From Mobula hypostoma (Eukaryota): 64,000 nucleotides of DNA. The DNA lies in contig NC_086101.1 in NCBI RefSeq assembly GCF_963921235.1, positions 117,676,001 through 117,740,000 on the forward strand. Direction: 5' to 3'. Positions within the stretch are counted from its first letter, which is position 1. Each line of letters starts with the position of its first letter. Below, piece after piece: positions 21,901 through 35,680 of the stretch. A model generated the notes under the pieces. It did not search any database. It had not been told where the DNA came from and was given only the letters and a program-made list of their open reading frames with translations. A program made the translations under genes and the position numbers.

Positions 21901-24900
21901 CAACTCCAGAAAGACAATTTGGTTGCCCAGGGTTTAAGATTTGAATTGACAAGGAATAAAGTAATTGATTAGACAACAGTGCAGATCTAGATTAGACAGG
22001 GAGTGGCTGAAAGGAAAGATACAAAATGGTTGGGAACAGCCACTGGTCTGGATAACCACAGGAATCTGGATTGGCTAGGAACATAGAGGATGAATGGCGA
22101 CCAAGGAAGATCTTAATTCATTGGTAATAAATTTCTGGATTGGTCAGAAACTGATATGTGGATTAGAGAGGAACAGAGATCTGGACTGGTCAAAATGGAG
22201 ATATGGATTGGCTAAAACAAGATCAGGGTTAGTGAAAATGGAGATCTGGATTGGCTGGAACAGAAATCTAGATTGCTCAGAATAGTGATCTGGATTTGCT
22301 AGAATAGAGATCTTGAACGGAGAGCCAAATTGTGTGGTGATGATGATTTTGATTGGCTAGGAACAGGGGACTGAACTTTACCAGAAATGGACATTTAGAG
22401 TGGCCGGAGATATGGACTGGCCATCAGCTGCGATCTGGATTAGTCACAAAGGCAGTTCTGGATTGGGTAGGAATTGGCAGTTGGAGTCTACAGAACTTGA
22501 CATTAAGATTGGACATAAATGGGGATTTGGAGTGGGAAGAGAGAACACTTTGGTATTGCTGGAATGAAGATTTGGTTTTCCTTAGGATAGGTGTTGGCAA
22601 GTAATGGGGGTGGGGGTACTGTAGTTTGGTCAGGATTGGGATTGAGTGGCTTGGGATGGGTATCTAAACTGGCCCAGAACAAAGATCAGGACTGGCCAGG
22701 GTCAGAGATAAGTACTTGCTCAAGATTGGTCAACATCTGCGTTCAGTTTTAGCCAAGGATGCAATTCTGGATCGGCCAAGAAAGAAGAACTGGACTGGCC
22801 CAGAACAGCGGTCTGGAAGAATCACCATTGGCCAGTCATGGCCTGCTCAAATGGCCAGTGCCAGAGCCCTGTACTGGCCAAAAGCACAGCTCTTGACTGG
22901 GCAGGATCAAGGGTACAGAGTAGGTATGAATAGTCATTTAAACTGGCCAAGATTAATCGCAGAAAAGGCCAAGGTCAGAGATCCTCAATGGCATGCATCA
23001 GAAGTCTGGATTGGTCAATGGTGTAGACCAGGATTTGTCAAGCACTGGTTAGAAGGCAGATTATGGAGCCAGAATACTGGAATAGGGATCTGAATTGAAC
23101 ATGGGCACCAATCTAGATTTGCCATGGACAGGGATTTTGTTTGGCCAGGAGCAGGTATTTGGAGTGACTAGAAGAAAAGATCTGGATTGGGAGAAAGTGG
23201 AACAGCTTCCTGGATTGGCAAGAAAGTGGATGTACATTGACAACCCAGGAAGATTGTAATTGATTGGTAATAGATTTCTGGATTGTTTAGTAACTGATAC
23301 GTGAATTAGTGAGGAACAGAGATCTGGATAGGCCAGGGCCAGAGACTGGGATTGGCCAGGAATAGAGAGCTCAAGTAACCATGGAGAGAGAGTTAGTGAG
23401 TGAAGAAAGAAAGCTAGATTAACCAGAATTGGACATTCGGAACAGGCAAGAACTTTGAATTGTTTGGCCACACATAGGGATCTGATCATAGAAACAGTGG
23501 ACAGGAATGCAATCCCTCATTTACAAAGAAAGAGATCAGCGGTGGCTGGGGAGGGAGAGCTGGAGAAGCCAAGGATGGTGACCCAGAGAAGACAAGAGGA
23601 GTGACCTGGACTGGTCAGGGACAGAGATCTGGATTGTAGAAGAAAATAAGCAATTTGGGCTAGAAGATGTGGATAAAGTAGGCACGATGCTCTAGATAGC
23701 TGGGAATAGACTAATTAATAGCTGGATCACCAGGATCACCAGCCGCTTTAGCCAAGGGTGGAAGTTCCTTATTGGCCTGGAGCAGGACAATTTAGCTAAA
23801 ACAGTTATTGGAACTGGACAAGGGCTGGGCTTGATTCTTTGTGATCACAGATCAGGATTGACCAGGAACAGATCTGCATGGCTAGCAACAGAAATCTGGA
23901 TTGGCCTGGAACAAAGATATGGATTAACCAGGAATCAAAGATTGGATGGGTCAGTGAGAGAGAACTTGTGTGTGCAGGGATTAAAAGAGAGGTATAGCCA
24001 ATAATCCAGAACTGTGTTCCTACCCAATTAAATTTGAATTCCTGTTCAATATGGACCCATGTTCCTGGCCAATCTCAACTTGTGTTCCTAGCCAATCCAA
24101 ACATACCTTTAATTCCTTGCCAATTCAGATCCAGCCAAATAATCTGGATAAAACATTATTGCATGTGGCCAGCAACATCATCTGGATTAACACGTTTTAG
24201 CGATCTGGAGGAACCTTGCATAGAGAACTAAGACCATGGAGTATATCCTGGATTGGCCATAAATGGAAATGTGCAGTGGCCGGGATAGGGATCAGGATAA
24301 ACCAGGAATAACAAACAGTGATCAGGATGTGTTGTCAGGAGCACAATTGTGGATTTGCCAGATGGCCACATCGTGCAAAGACAGAAATCTGGAATATCTA
24401 GTAGAGAACCAGGATTGTCCAGAAGTTCCATTTGGATTCTCCAAGGAAAGATATCTAGAATACTATGATTGACAAGGACAGAAACCTGGAATGGCCAGGA
24501 GTTGTGATCTGATTGGGCAGGGACTGAGATGTGGATTAACCTAGAAACCAGGAATGGAATAGGAGCAGAGGCTCGAATGGGCAAGGAATTTGGCTATGGA
24601 TTGAGCCAGATTCGGAATTCTGGAATGGCAAAGAAACAGATCAACTACGAATGGAAATGTGTATAGGGTCAGAATACTGAACTGACCTAGAGACTGGCAT
24701 GGCTAGCAAAGGGAATCTGGACTGGTCTGGATTGGTCAGGAATGGGGTTCTGGATCAGCCAGGGACAGGAAGCTGAGTGGCTGGAAATAAAGACTTGGAT
24801 TGACCAGGAAACAGGATCTGGATTGGCCAGGAATGGGTATCTGGACTGGGCATGTATAGGGATCCGGATTGATCAGGATGGAGATTTCTGGATTGGATAG

Positions 24901-26089
24901 AAATGGGTATCCAGATTGTCCAGGCACAGGAAGCTGGAGTGGCTTGAAATAAATACTTGAAATGACCTGAAATGTGGATCTGGATTGAACAGACTTACTG
25001 ATCTGGACTATGCAGGAATATGGATTTGGATTGGCCAGGTAATGGATATCTGAATGGATATACAGATTGGCCAAGAATAGAGATCTGGATTGGGTAGGAA
25101 TTGGGATTTGGATTGGCCAAGAATGGTAATCTGGATAGTGACTAGGCATTCTTATGTTGAGTTGAGCACTGAATAGCAATTCCTGCGATGCTGCCGGTCC
25201 CAAACTGTATTGGTCTCTGCCGTTCCTTTGGATTCATTAACTGCATGGAGAGGGGAGGCCTGCTACATGGACAACAGCTTTCACTGCATATTGTACTGCC
25301 CTGGCTTACATACTGCCTTGGATATCACGTAGACAACTGGGATGCAACATCCATGGTTGAGCGACCACTGGAGGGCCTCATACGGTGATACAGGTTAATC
25401 AAGATTGGCCAAAAATAGATAATTTACTTGGCCAGGAATAGGGATGTGAACTGGTCAGAAATGGGAATCTGGACTGATCAGGAATTGGGATTGGGAATGG
25501 TCAGGATGGAGACTTGGATTGGCCAGGAAGAGGGATCTGGATTGGCTGGGAATAGATAGATGGATAGCCCAATAATGAACATCTGGATTGGCTAAGGAAA
25601 CAAGAATTTGTCAGAAGTGAGGATGGAGTGGTTAGTGAGTGTGCCTGGAAATGGAGAACTGCTTTGTCCAGCAGTAGGTGCCTGCACTGGACAGGAATGG
25701 ACACCTGGACTGGTCAGTAACAGGAGTTTCAGTAGTCCGGGAAAGGAAACATGAAACAGCCAGAATGAAGACTGGATTAGTCAGTAGAAATGATCTATGA
25801 TGGTGGAACAGAAATCTCAGGTGGGGAGGAGGAGATAGCTGGCAAAGTAGGGAAGAGAATGCTGATTGGTTATGAAGGAAGACCTGAAAGTGGGAAGGAA
25901 CAAAGATATCTATTGGTCTGTCATGGGTAAGAACAGAGGTGTGGTTTGGCCAAGAATGAACATCTTGATTGGCCAGTAATCAAGATATGGACAGGCCAAA
26001 AACAGAGATCTAGAATTGAAAGGAATTACACTCTGGGCTGGATAAAAGCAAGGATCTGTAACTGTCTAATACCAGAGAGCATGCATTGG

Positions 26090-26352
26090 ATGTGAGAGGG
26101 GGTACATTCAAGGGGGATGAGTGGTGGATACCTGGAATGTGCTGCCTGCTATGATGGTAGAGGCAAATGCATTAGAGGCTTTTAAGAGATGTTCGGATTA
26201 GCACATGGATGTAAGGAAGATGGAGGAATATGGACTTGGAGTAGGTAGGAGAGATTAGTGTTTGGATGTTTTTGATTTGCTGAATAGATGATTCAGCACA
26301 ACACTGTGGGCTGAATGGCCTGTTTCTCTGCTGCCCTCTTCAATGTTCCATG
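26090..26352 (+). mobile_element. CR1 3' end (same subfamily as 11920)
   Basis: gagagggggtacattcaagggggatg...cagcacaacactgtgggctgaatggcctg. Confidence 0.8.
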
Positions 26353-26723
26353 ATTCTTGTATTGATTTGGATTGGCAAAGAATAGAAAACTGGGTTGGAT
26401 GCCACGAGGAATGGAGTTTCTCCTTGGCCAATTCGGATCCTTGTTGTAGTTGCTAGGAATACTGACCTGATTGACTGGAGTGAACTCCTGGATTAACCAT
26501 GAAGAGAGGAGTGGGAAGGAGCCCCAGAAAGGGAAAGGAGAGATTTGGTGAAGTAGTTGGAGATAGCAGTTTGGCTAATCCGGGAGTGGTGATTCAGACT
26601 GAAAAGAGTGCTGGATTCTACAAGAATGAGGCTCTGCACAGCCGAGATACGTACAGTCCTAAAACAGATATCTGGAAGAGATGGGGACAGGAGTTTTCTC
26701 TGGACAAGGACAAATATTTCCCA

Positions 26724-27320
26724 GGTTGAGTACAGGAGTTGGGATGTTATGTTGAGGTTGTATAAGACGCTAGTGAGGCCTAATTTGGAGCATTGTGTGC
26801 AGTTTTGGTCACCTACCTACAGGAAAGATGTAAATAAGATAGGAAGAGTACAGAGAAAATTTACAAGCATGTTGCCGGGTCTGGAGGACCTGAGTTATAA
26901 GGAAAGATTGAATATGTTAGGACTGTACTCTTTAGAACATAGAAGATTGTAAGGAGATTTGATAGAGGTATACAAAATTATATGGGGTATAGACAGGGTA
27001 AATGCAAGCAGGCTTTGCCACTGAGGTTTGGTGGGACTGCAAATGGAGGTCATGGGTTAAGAGTGAAAGGTGAGAAGTTTAAGGGGAACATAAGGGAAAC
27101 TTCTTCACTCAGAGGGTGGTGAGAGTGTGGAACGAGCTGCCAGCACAAGCGGTGCATGCAAGCTCAATTTCAATGTTTAAGAGAAGTTTGGATAGGTATA
27201 TGGACAGTAGTCCCAGTGCAAATCGATGGGAGTAGGCAGTTTAAGTGGTTTTGCATGGACTAGATGGGTCATAGGGCCTGTTTCTGTGCTGTAATTTTCT
27301 ATGACTTTATGACTCTATGA
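26724..27320 (+). mobile_element. CR1 LINE 3' fragment
   Basis: EYRSWDVMLRLYKTLVRPNLEHCVQFWSPTYRKDV; tail tctatgactttatgactctatg. Confidence 0.92.
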
Positions 27321-30300
27321 GATATGGATTGGCTGAGAAGAATGGTCTAGAATGGCCAAGAATGGAGTTTTCCATTAGCCAGCAACAGAGTTCTCCATTG
27401 GCAAGGAACAGATAACTGCATTGACCAACAGCAGACATTGTTTTGCTGAACTGTTCTTGTATCAATTATCCAGAAATACAGATGAGATTTGGCCAGGGAT
27501 AATGATTGTGATTGGTTAGGACTGGCTATCTGAAGGAGCAAGTAACACCAAATTAGATTGCCAGGATCCATGATCTGGACTGACTGGGAAAAGGGATCTG
27601 GTTTGGCTTAGGATTCAAGCTGGAGTGATTGGTAAGCAAGATGGAATTAGCATGGAACAGAGAACTAGAGTCCTGGGACGGAAATTCTAGGTTGGTCATA
27701 AATAAAGAATTATTTAGCCAGGAATGAAGCCTGGATTGGCCAGGAATGAAAATCCGGGACAATCAGGGGCAGAATTGTGGAATGGCAAATGATGTGAATC
27801 ATGATTGGTTAGGGCTGAAAATTTGATTTGGTAAGGAAAGAAATGTGGATTCTGCAAGAATACAGGTCATGGATTACCCACAACTGGGCATCTTCAATGG
27901 CCAGGGTCAAATGTCTGGAGAGGCCAGAAACAAGAGGTTTGGTGTGGCCAAGAACTAAGATCTGGGTTGGCCAGAACCAATAATCCATATTGACAAGGAC
28001 TAGAGTTCTGTAACGACCAAGTTTAGGGTTTTTGATTTTGCCAGGAAAGGAGATTTCCACAAGTGTAGTCATCTACATAGATTGTCCTAAGCTATCGATC
28101 TGGAATGCCCAGGAGCAGAGTTAATGATTGGGAGAAGAGTATTGGATATGAAGTGACATCTGCATTGTCTAGTAATGGGAGTTGGTGTGGTCAGAAGCAA
28201 AGATCTGTTCTCACTGGCAATGCAGAGCTGGATCTGATTGTGGTGGAGATTGGGGTTGACCAGGGCAGAGTTCTAGATTGGATACCAACAGGGCTCTGGG
28301 ATAGCCAAGGTAAGTAACCAGATACTACCAGGAGCAGATACTCAGGGTGGCCAGAGTACAAAGTGGAGTGTCTAGATCAGCAGGGAGTGCTCAACTGACT
28401 TAGACAGTATCTGACTAGGGTCTTTGTCCAAACACTGAGATCAACATCAGTCCAATGATGAGATCTGGGTTTGCCTGCAACATATTTCTGAATTAGTCTT
28501 GGACTATTCAGTTCTGGTCAAGGAGAGCAGTATGCATTAGGCAGGGAGAGTGGTCAAAAGTGACCAGCAATAAACTGAGAAACGTCAGAGTATGAGGTAG
28601 GCATGGTCAGAAATCAGAGTTCTCAGTTTACCAGAGGTGGGGTGCTGAATAGCGACCTAAAGTAACAAGAATGGAGAACTGCAAAAACAAAGGAATAGCT
28701 TGGACAGACAGGTTAGTCAGCATGGAAGAGTTGGGAAGAAGTGCCTGTTTCCACACTGTGAAGATCTGGAATAGCCAGGAACAGGAGTTTGTGGGACCAG
28801 GAAATCAAATTTACTCGAGCCAGGTACATGTGACTGAGATGGAGATTTGAAGGGTGCCTGGTGTGAGGTGGGTGTGCTCATGGTCAGAGTTCAGATATGG
28901 AGAAATGATCTGCAGTCAGGAGTACATATCAGAGTGCCCACCAATGATTGACCAGGGATAAGGGTTTACAATGGCCAGGAATAGTAAGCAGTTTTGCCCA
29001 CAAACAACAGTTTTGATTGGCTATGAACAGAAATGAACATATGGGATGAAAGACCAGTTTCTGTGCTGTAGTGCTCTAGGACTCTATATATCTGGAGCAC
29101 TAGGACAGGAGATCTGGAATGGCCAGGAATAGAGGTCTGGTTTGGTAAATATTGGAGATCGAGGTTAATATGGAACAAAGATCTGGAATGTACGGGAATG
29201 GAGATCAGGATTGGACAGGAGTAAACTCCAGATAGGCTAGGGATGGATATAATTGTACTGGCCGGGAATAGGAAAAAGAACTGGAGCAGCTTAGAGTTGA
29301 GATCTGAGCTAGCCAGGGAATTATATCGAATTGTCACGAATGGAAATTTGGAGTAGACAGGGTGGGAGATCAGAGAGTAACTGAAAAGGGAATTCACCAG
29401 GAATGGAGATATCCAATGACTGGGCTGTGATCCAGATTGGCCAAGATTAGAGAGATGGATTGATCAGAAAGCAGTCTCCATTGGTCAAGTGTAAGAGTCT
29501 ATATTTGTCTGATAACAGATGTCTCCATTAGCTGGAATCAGAGAGCTAGACTGGCCATCAAGAAATGAGCTCCATTGGCTAAGTGTAGGAACCTGGTTTG
29601 GCCAAGAAGAGAGATCAAAATTGGTCAGGAATAAAGAGATTGGCAAAAGGTCAAAGCAAGTATTGTCCAGTGAGGCAGATAGGGTTTGTCTGGGAACAAG
29701 GGTGCTCATTCCTGAACAACAAAGACCTGAACAACAGAAGTCAAGAACAGAGAATTGGATTGGTAAGGAATAGAGACTGGACATGGATAAGAATTACAAT
29801 CTGGAGCGACAGGAAGGAACATCTAGATTGGCCAGGACTGGGAGTCAGGATTGACCAAATATTTGGATGGTGCAAGATATAGTTTTGGAGAAGCCAAGAC
29901 TGGAGATTTCAAGTCCTCAGTGAGTTTGGGATGATCGGGAACAGAGAAGGGGAAGAGTCAGAATGGAGACCTGAGATGGTTGATCTGAGTTGGTCAAGGA
30001 CAGAGTTCTCAGATGGCTGAGAACAGGCATTGGTGACCACCAACAGACACCTGTAGTGCCAAGATATGGAGGTCTGAACCACAGAAGACTGGAGAAGTGG
30101 AATGGGCAGAAACAGATGTAGATTGGTGCGGACCAATCATTCAGCAGTGGCAAGGAGATATCCATCAGAATGGAATGGAGAATGCGTTTGGCCACAACCA
30201 GTGATTTCCATTGGCTGAGATTGGAGCGCTACTCCAGCCAGTACAGAGATTTCAATTGGCTGGGAATGGGAGCTAGACTGATCAAGCCAAAAAAACCATT

Positions 30301-31685
30301 AGCTGAGATTGGGGCTGAGTAGACTGGCTGGTACAGGGATTTTCACTGGCCAGGAACAGAGATTTCAGGTATTGGAAGATGACAGGCCAAGATCAGAGAT
30401 TTTCATTAGCGAAGAACATTTATTTGTATTAGCCAAAATGATAAATCAAACTTGACCAAGAATTTAGATAATATGCTTTCCAAGAGTAAAAATCTGAATG
30501 GAGCAGGAACAGAAGTTTATGTTGTCCAGAATACAGGTGGAATTTGGCTAGGAATGACAATTTGATTGGCTGAGAAAATAGATATTATGGGCCAGGATGT
30601 GAAGAACTGGGATGGATAGGAACTGAGATCGAGCTTAACAAGAAACGAAGATTTAAACTGGTCGGTAACGCGATCTAAATTGCCCTGGAACCTATGGTGG
30701 CTCCGGAAACATGGCAGGACTGTGCTGCTTGTTGGCAAAAATGACACATAATTCACAATGTTTCAATATACATATGACAAATAAAACGAAGATCTGAAAT
30801 GGCCAAGAATAAATGTCAGAGTCAGCCAAGAATGAAATTGGGTTGTAAAAGAGATCTTAACTCTCCCGGGATGAGGATTTGGAATGGACAGTAAAGGACA
30901 GGAACTGGACTAGCCAAGAATGGAGATTCAGATAACCCTGAGATGGAAAGCTGGATTAGTCAGAACCAAGATCTTGTGTGGCCAGAAATGAAGATCAGGA
31001 GTTGTCAAGAACAGATGCCCAAGGACAGAGATCACAGCTCCAGTATAGTCAGGAACAGAGGTTAGTTTGACCACGAGCAGACAATCTGATTGTCTGGGAA
31101 GAGCAATCTGGGATGGAGATTTGGAATAAGGTTCAGGAAGAATGGCAGAAACAGAGCTCAGGTGAGCCAGGAATGGACACTGATCGACATCGGAGATCAG
31201 CAGATTAGCTGGAACAAAGATTGCCATTGGTTGGATGCAAAGATCTGGAATGGCCCAGATTGGACATTTATAATGGTCACCAAAAGACCTCAAGATTGAC
31301 AATGGCAAAGAAAGAGGCTTCTTGGATCATCCTGGAAAGGGCATCTAAATTGACCAGGATCAGAGATCTTGATTGATAAAGAGCAGGGATTAGGAATGGC
31401 AGAATGGAGATCTGGATTGGTCAAGACCACCGGAGATCAGATTGTTCAGCAATACAAATATGGATTGTCAGAACCAGGGATCAGGAGTTCAGGAATTGAG
31501 ATCTGGATTGGTCAGGACCAGAGATTGGAGTGTTCGGCAACACAGATATGGATTGTCCAGGATCAGCAGAGATTTTGATTGGGCAGGACCAATTTAGAAA
31601 CACAGATCTGGATTGGTTAGGACCAGAGGTCAGTGGTGATCAAGAACAAAGATCTGGATTGGCCAGATGTGTTAAAGGTGTACAG

Positions 31686-31765
31686 CAAGGGTTCCCAACC
31701 TTCTTTATGTCATGGGCCAATACCAGTAAGCAAGAGATCTGTGGACCCCAGGTTGGGAACCCCTG
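31686..31765. mobile_element. hAT-like MITE
   Basis: caagggttcccaacc...ggttgggaacccctg; flanks gtgtacag / gtgtgcaa. Confidence 0.78.
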
Positions 31766-32479
31766 GTGTGCAAGAACACATATTTGGATTGGCCAGGACC
31801 AGAAGTCAGAGATGTTCAAGAATGAAGATATCAATTGGCCTGGAGTGGGGTGATTGCAGTAGCAGCTGTAAATCTCCATTCTAGACCACCCCTAACCAGT
31901 GCCCATCCTTGTCCTAGCTAATCTCTACATCTATCTCTATATCTGGCGATGGCCAGTGTAAGTCTCCATTTTTGGCCAATCCAGGCCTTTGTTCTTGCCA
32001 TTACAGATCTTCATTTCTGGCCAATCAAAAGCTCCCTTCCTTGCTCATTCACATCCTTGACCCTGAGGAATGCAAATGCAGGAATGGATCTGGACTGATG
32101 GAGTAGGAGATCTGCCTTGTCCAGGAGGGAAAATCTGGATTAACCAAAGGGAGAGATGAAGCTTAGCCTGGAACACGAACCAAGATTGGACAGGAATAGC
32201 ATTCATCAGGAATGAGGAAAGAGCTTGGCCTACATCACCAATTATGATTGGCTAAGAAACTGTTAGGTGCAGCGAACAGGAACTGAGAACAGGATTAACG
32301 ATGAAGGGATAGGACCAGAGATCCTGAAATCCTGAAAACTATGGCCTTGAGTCGCAAAGAATTGAGGTCAGCTTATTGAGAAAAGAAGGATCTGGATTGA
32401 CCAGGAATGGAGATTTAGTGTCAACAGAGAGAGATGGGTGTGAGCAGGACCTGAAGTGGAACTGAAACAGGGAAGGATG

Positions 32480-33620
32480 TCAGGGTGAGGGAAGAGTGGA
32501 ATGCGGCAGCGGTGGGAGTGAATGACAAGACAGTGGTGGGAGGGGGGAGAGCGATGGGACAGTCGGGGGAGAAGGGGAGGGGGGAGAGACACGGGGGGTG
32601 GTGGGAGAGGGGGATGGGGATGGGACAGTGGTGGGAGAGGGGGACGGGGATGGGACAGTGGTGGGAGAGGGGGACGAAACAGTGGTGGCAGAGGGAGAGA
32701 CAGAACAGTGGGGGGAGAGGGGGAGAGAGACAGGATGGTGGGGGGAGAGGAGGAGAGAAATGGGAGGATGGTAGGAGATGGGGAGGGGCAGAGGTCAGTG
32801 GTGGGAGAGGGCAAGACAGGACAGTGGGAAGAGAGGGGGAGAGAGACAGGATAAAGACGTGAGAGGGGGAGGGGATGGGAGGATGGTGGGAGAGAGGGAG
32901 GGAGACAGGACAGTGGTGGGAGAGGGGGAGAGTGATGGGACAATGGGGGGAGCGGAGGGGAGGGAGGGCAGACAGTGGTAGGAGAGGAAGGGGGACGGTG
33001 GTGGGAGAGGGAAGGGGACGGTAATGGGAAAGTGATGGAACGGTGGTGGGAGAGTGATGGAACAGTGGTGGGAGACTGGGAGACAGGTACAGTTTGGGAA
33101 CGGTGGAATTTGCAGGCAACATCTGAATAGAGGGAGAGATGGAGTAAAGAAACGGGGCAGGAATGGCAGGAGGGGGGGGAAATAGGACTGTAGAGGGGCT
33201 GCGACATATTTGGGAATTTGAGGGAACAATGCTCTAGCCTTGCAGCAGACAGACAGAGAAAGTGTCCTGAGTTGGGGGAGGGGAGCCGGGTGAGGCTAAA
33301 GTGTGGTGGTGTCACAGAGAAACAGAGAAGGAGAAGAGAGAAAGTATGGGTGTGTGAGAGTGAAACAGAGAAGGAGAAGAGAGGAAATATGGGGGTGTGA
33401 CAGAGAGACAGAGAGACGGAAAACAGGAAGTATGGGGTGTGACAGAGAAACAGAGGGGGGAAGAGAGAAAGCATGGGGGTGTCTGAGCAAGAACCAGCAA
33501 GAGTGGGGGTTGAGAGAGAAAAGGAAGTGAGGAGAAGAGGAGGGGAAGAAAATTGGAGAGAGAGAGATGGAGAAACAGGAGGAGAAAGTATTGGAGAAAG
33601 AAGGGATTGAATACTATGGG
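32480..33620 (+). repeat. G/A-rich low-complexity tandem repeats (gggacagtggtgggagaggg units, then gggtgtgacagagaaacagag units)
   Basis: Visible repetition; the source of the 418-aa and 233-aa Pro/Ser/Leu pseudo-ORFs. Confidence 0.88.
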
Positions 33621-34089
33621 ACAAAGAGGTAGGATGAGGATGACTTGGAGAGGCATCAGGCTTTGAGGTGATGGTATCCAGACTAGATAGATATAAGGAT
33701 AATAAGGGTATGGAGGGCTATGGTCCTCACAGGAGGGCTGGTCAATAGCAGTAGGCAGTGTAAATGTTTTGGCATGGACTAGATGGGCCGAAGGGCCCGT
33801 TTCTGTGCCACAGTTTTCTATGACTCCCTGACTGAGGGGAAGAAAATGTTGGAGCCAGGAGTGAGGTGCTGAGGCAGAGGTATGCGTAGGCTGGCCAGAG
33901 GCAGAGAGCAGCGAGTTCTGCCATACCCGATGGGCGGAGTAGCAAGGTTGGGGAGGAGAGACACTCAGAGATTCTGGGACTGACAGAGGTCCAGGGTGAA
34001 GAGAGGGGTGATTGTGATACAGAGATACAACATCAGAGAGGGAGAGCCTGGAGCTGTCAGATCTGCATTGTAAAGGAACGGTAATCCAG

Positions 34090-34470
34090 ATTGGGTCGGA
34101 GTGGTGACCTGAAGTGGGTTCAACAGTGACCTGGAGTGGAATAGAATCATGTCCTGGAGTGGGATGGAACAGTGAAATGGAGTGGATTAAAATGGTGACC
34201 TGGAGTGGATTGAAATGGTGACCTGGAGTGGATTGGAATGGTGACCTGGAGTGGATTGAAATGGTGACCTGGAGTGGATTGAAATGGTGATTTGGCGTGG
34301 ATTAACATGGTAACCTGTAAAGGGTTAGAACAGTGGGTTACAGTGGTGACCTGGACTGGGTTAGAATGGTGACCTGGAGTGGATCGAAATGGTGACCTGG
34401 ACTGGGTTGGAACAGTGAACTGGAGTGGATGAGAAGGGTGACCTGGAGTGAGATACAGCGGTAACCAGGA
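34090..34470 (+). repeat. Homogeneous 23-bp tandem repeat (atggtgacctggagtggattgaa)
   Basis: Units start at 34192, 34215, 34238, 34261 and 34284, with more diverged copies on each side. Confidence 0.9.
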
Positions 34471-35274
34471 GTGGAGATGGTGATTTTGTCTGGATTGAAA
34501 GAATAATGCAAAATGGGTTAGAAAGGCATCAGAATTGGAATGGAGGCAGAAAATGGATTGGGATCAAGGGAGTTCTGGAGTGGACTGGCATAAGAGATGT
34601 AGAGATACAGGAGGTACTGTATCAGCAGTCAAGACTGGCGTAAGAGGTACAGGAGAGGCAATACAGTGTTAGGAGAGGTGTTTGTTGTGGTCTGCACAGA
34701 GCTTTATTAAGGGGGAACAGCACGGAACATGGGCATGGAGTTGGAAGCTGGACCTTGGAGCAGAGATTCACACCAGTCTGCTGAACAGCTAACCAGGGAA
34801 TCCAGGAGGTGAGAGGGAAGGACAAACGTGCGGAGTGGTGGGGGGTGGGTTGGGTGACTCGGGCAGAGGGAGGGAAATGTACCGTGAAAGAAAGGTGTGG
34901 ATCAGAGATCTGGTGTGAAGGAAGGGTGTGAATCAGAGATCAAGTGTAGAGGACACAAGTGGACCTAGCACATCTGGAGTTTAGGAAGACTAATTCCAAC
35001 ACTTTGAGCAATGTACTAGAGTGAGCTGAAGATATGGGTGGTGGAATAGTGGATCCAACATCTGGAATGTAAAGAGAGTGCATTTAACATCTTGAGGAGG
35101 AAAAAATGGTCTAACATCTGGCATTAGAAGAGTGGAGAATGGATCTGGCATAGGTGAACAAACGGCCTAATATCTGGATCATGTCAGAGATCAAGCAAGA
35201 TGGATCCAACATCTGGAGTGGGGAACAAGAATGGAAGTCAACATCTGGACCATATCAGAGACCTGGAGTTCATG

Positions 35275-35680
35275 ACCATGCTCCCTTCTCGCTGCTACCA
35301 TCAGACAGGTGGTATAGGAGTCTTAGATGCCACGCCACCAAGTTCAGGAACAGTTATTACCCCTCAACATCAGGCTCTTGCACTAGCCTCAACACTGAAC
35401 TGATTCCACAACCTATGAACTCACTTTGTGGGACTCCACAACTCACGTTCTCAGTATTATTTATTCATATATTTATCAATTATTCCTTTTCTTTTGTTCT
35501 TGCACAGTGTCTTCATTTGCGAATTGGTTTCAAATATTGGTTATCAGCCTTGTCTGTAGTTTTTCATTGAGTCTATTGTATTTCTTTGCCCTTCTGTGAA
35601 TGCCTGCAATAAAATGAATCTCAAGGTAGTATATGATGACATAAATGTATTTTGATAATAAACTTAATTTGAACTTTGTG
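35275..35680 (+). mobile_element. Rex-Babar-type LINE 3' fragment
   Basis: HAPFSLLPSDRWYRSLRCHATKFRNSYYPST. Confidence 0.85.

Larger units (their letters stand above)
21930..32420 (+). repeat. Degenerate ~23-bp minisatellite array (consensus near GAGATCTGGATTGGCCAGGAATA), interrupted by CR1, MITE and other inserts
   Basis: Numerous gatctggattggccagg-like units; 23-bp period seen at 25082, 25105 and 25128; strong purine skew on plus. Confidence 0.85.

Noticed and set aside
32368-33624. 418-aa and 233-aa ORFs
   Set aside because: Low-complexity translations of the C/T-rich strand of G-rich repeats; no domain or splice support.
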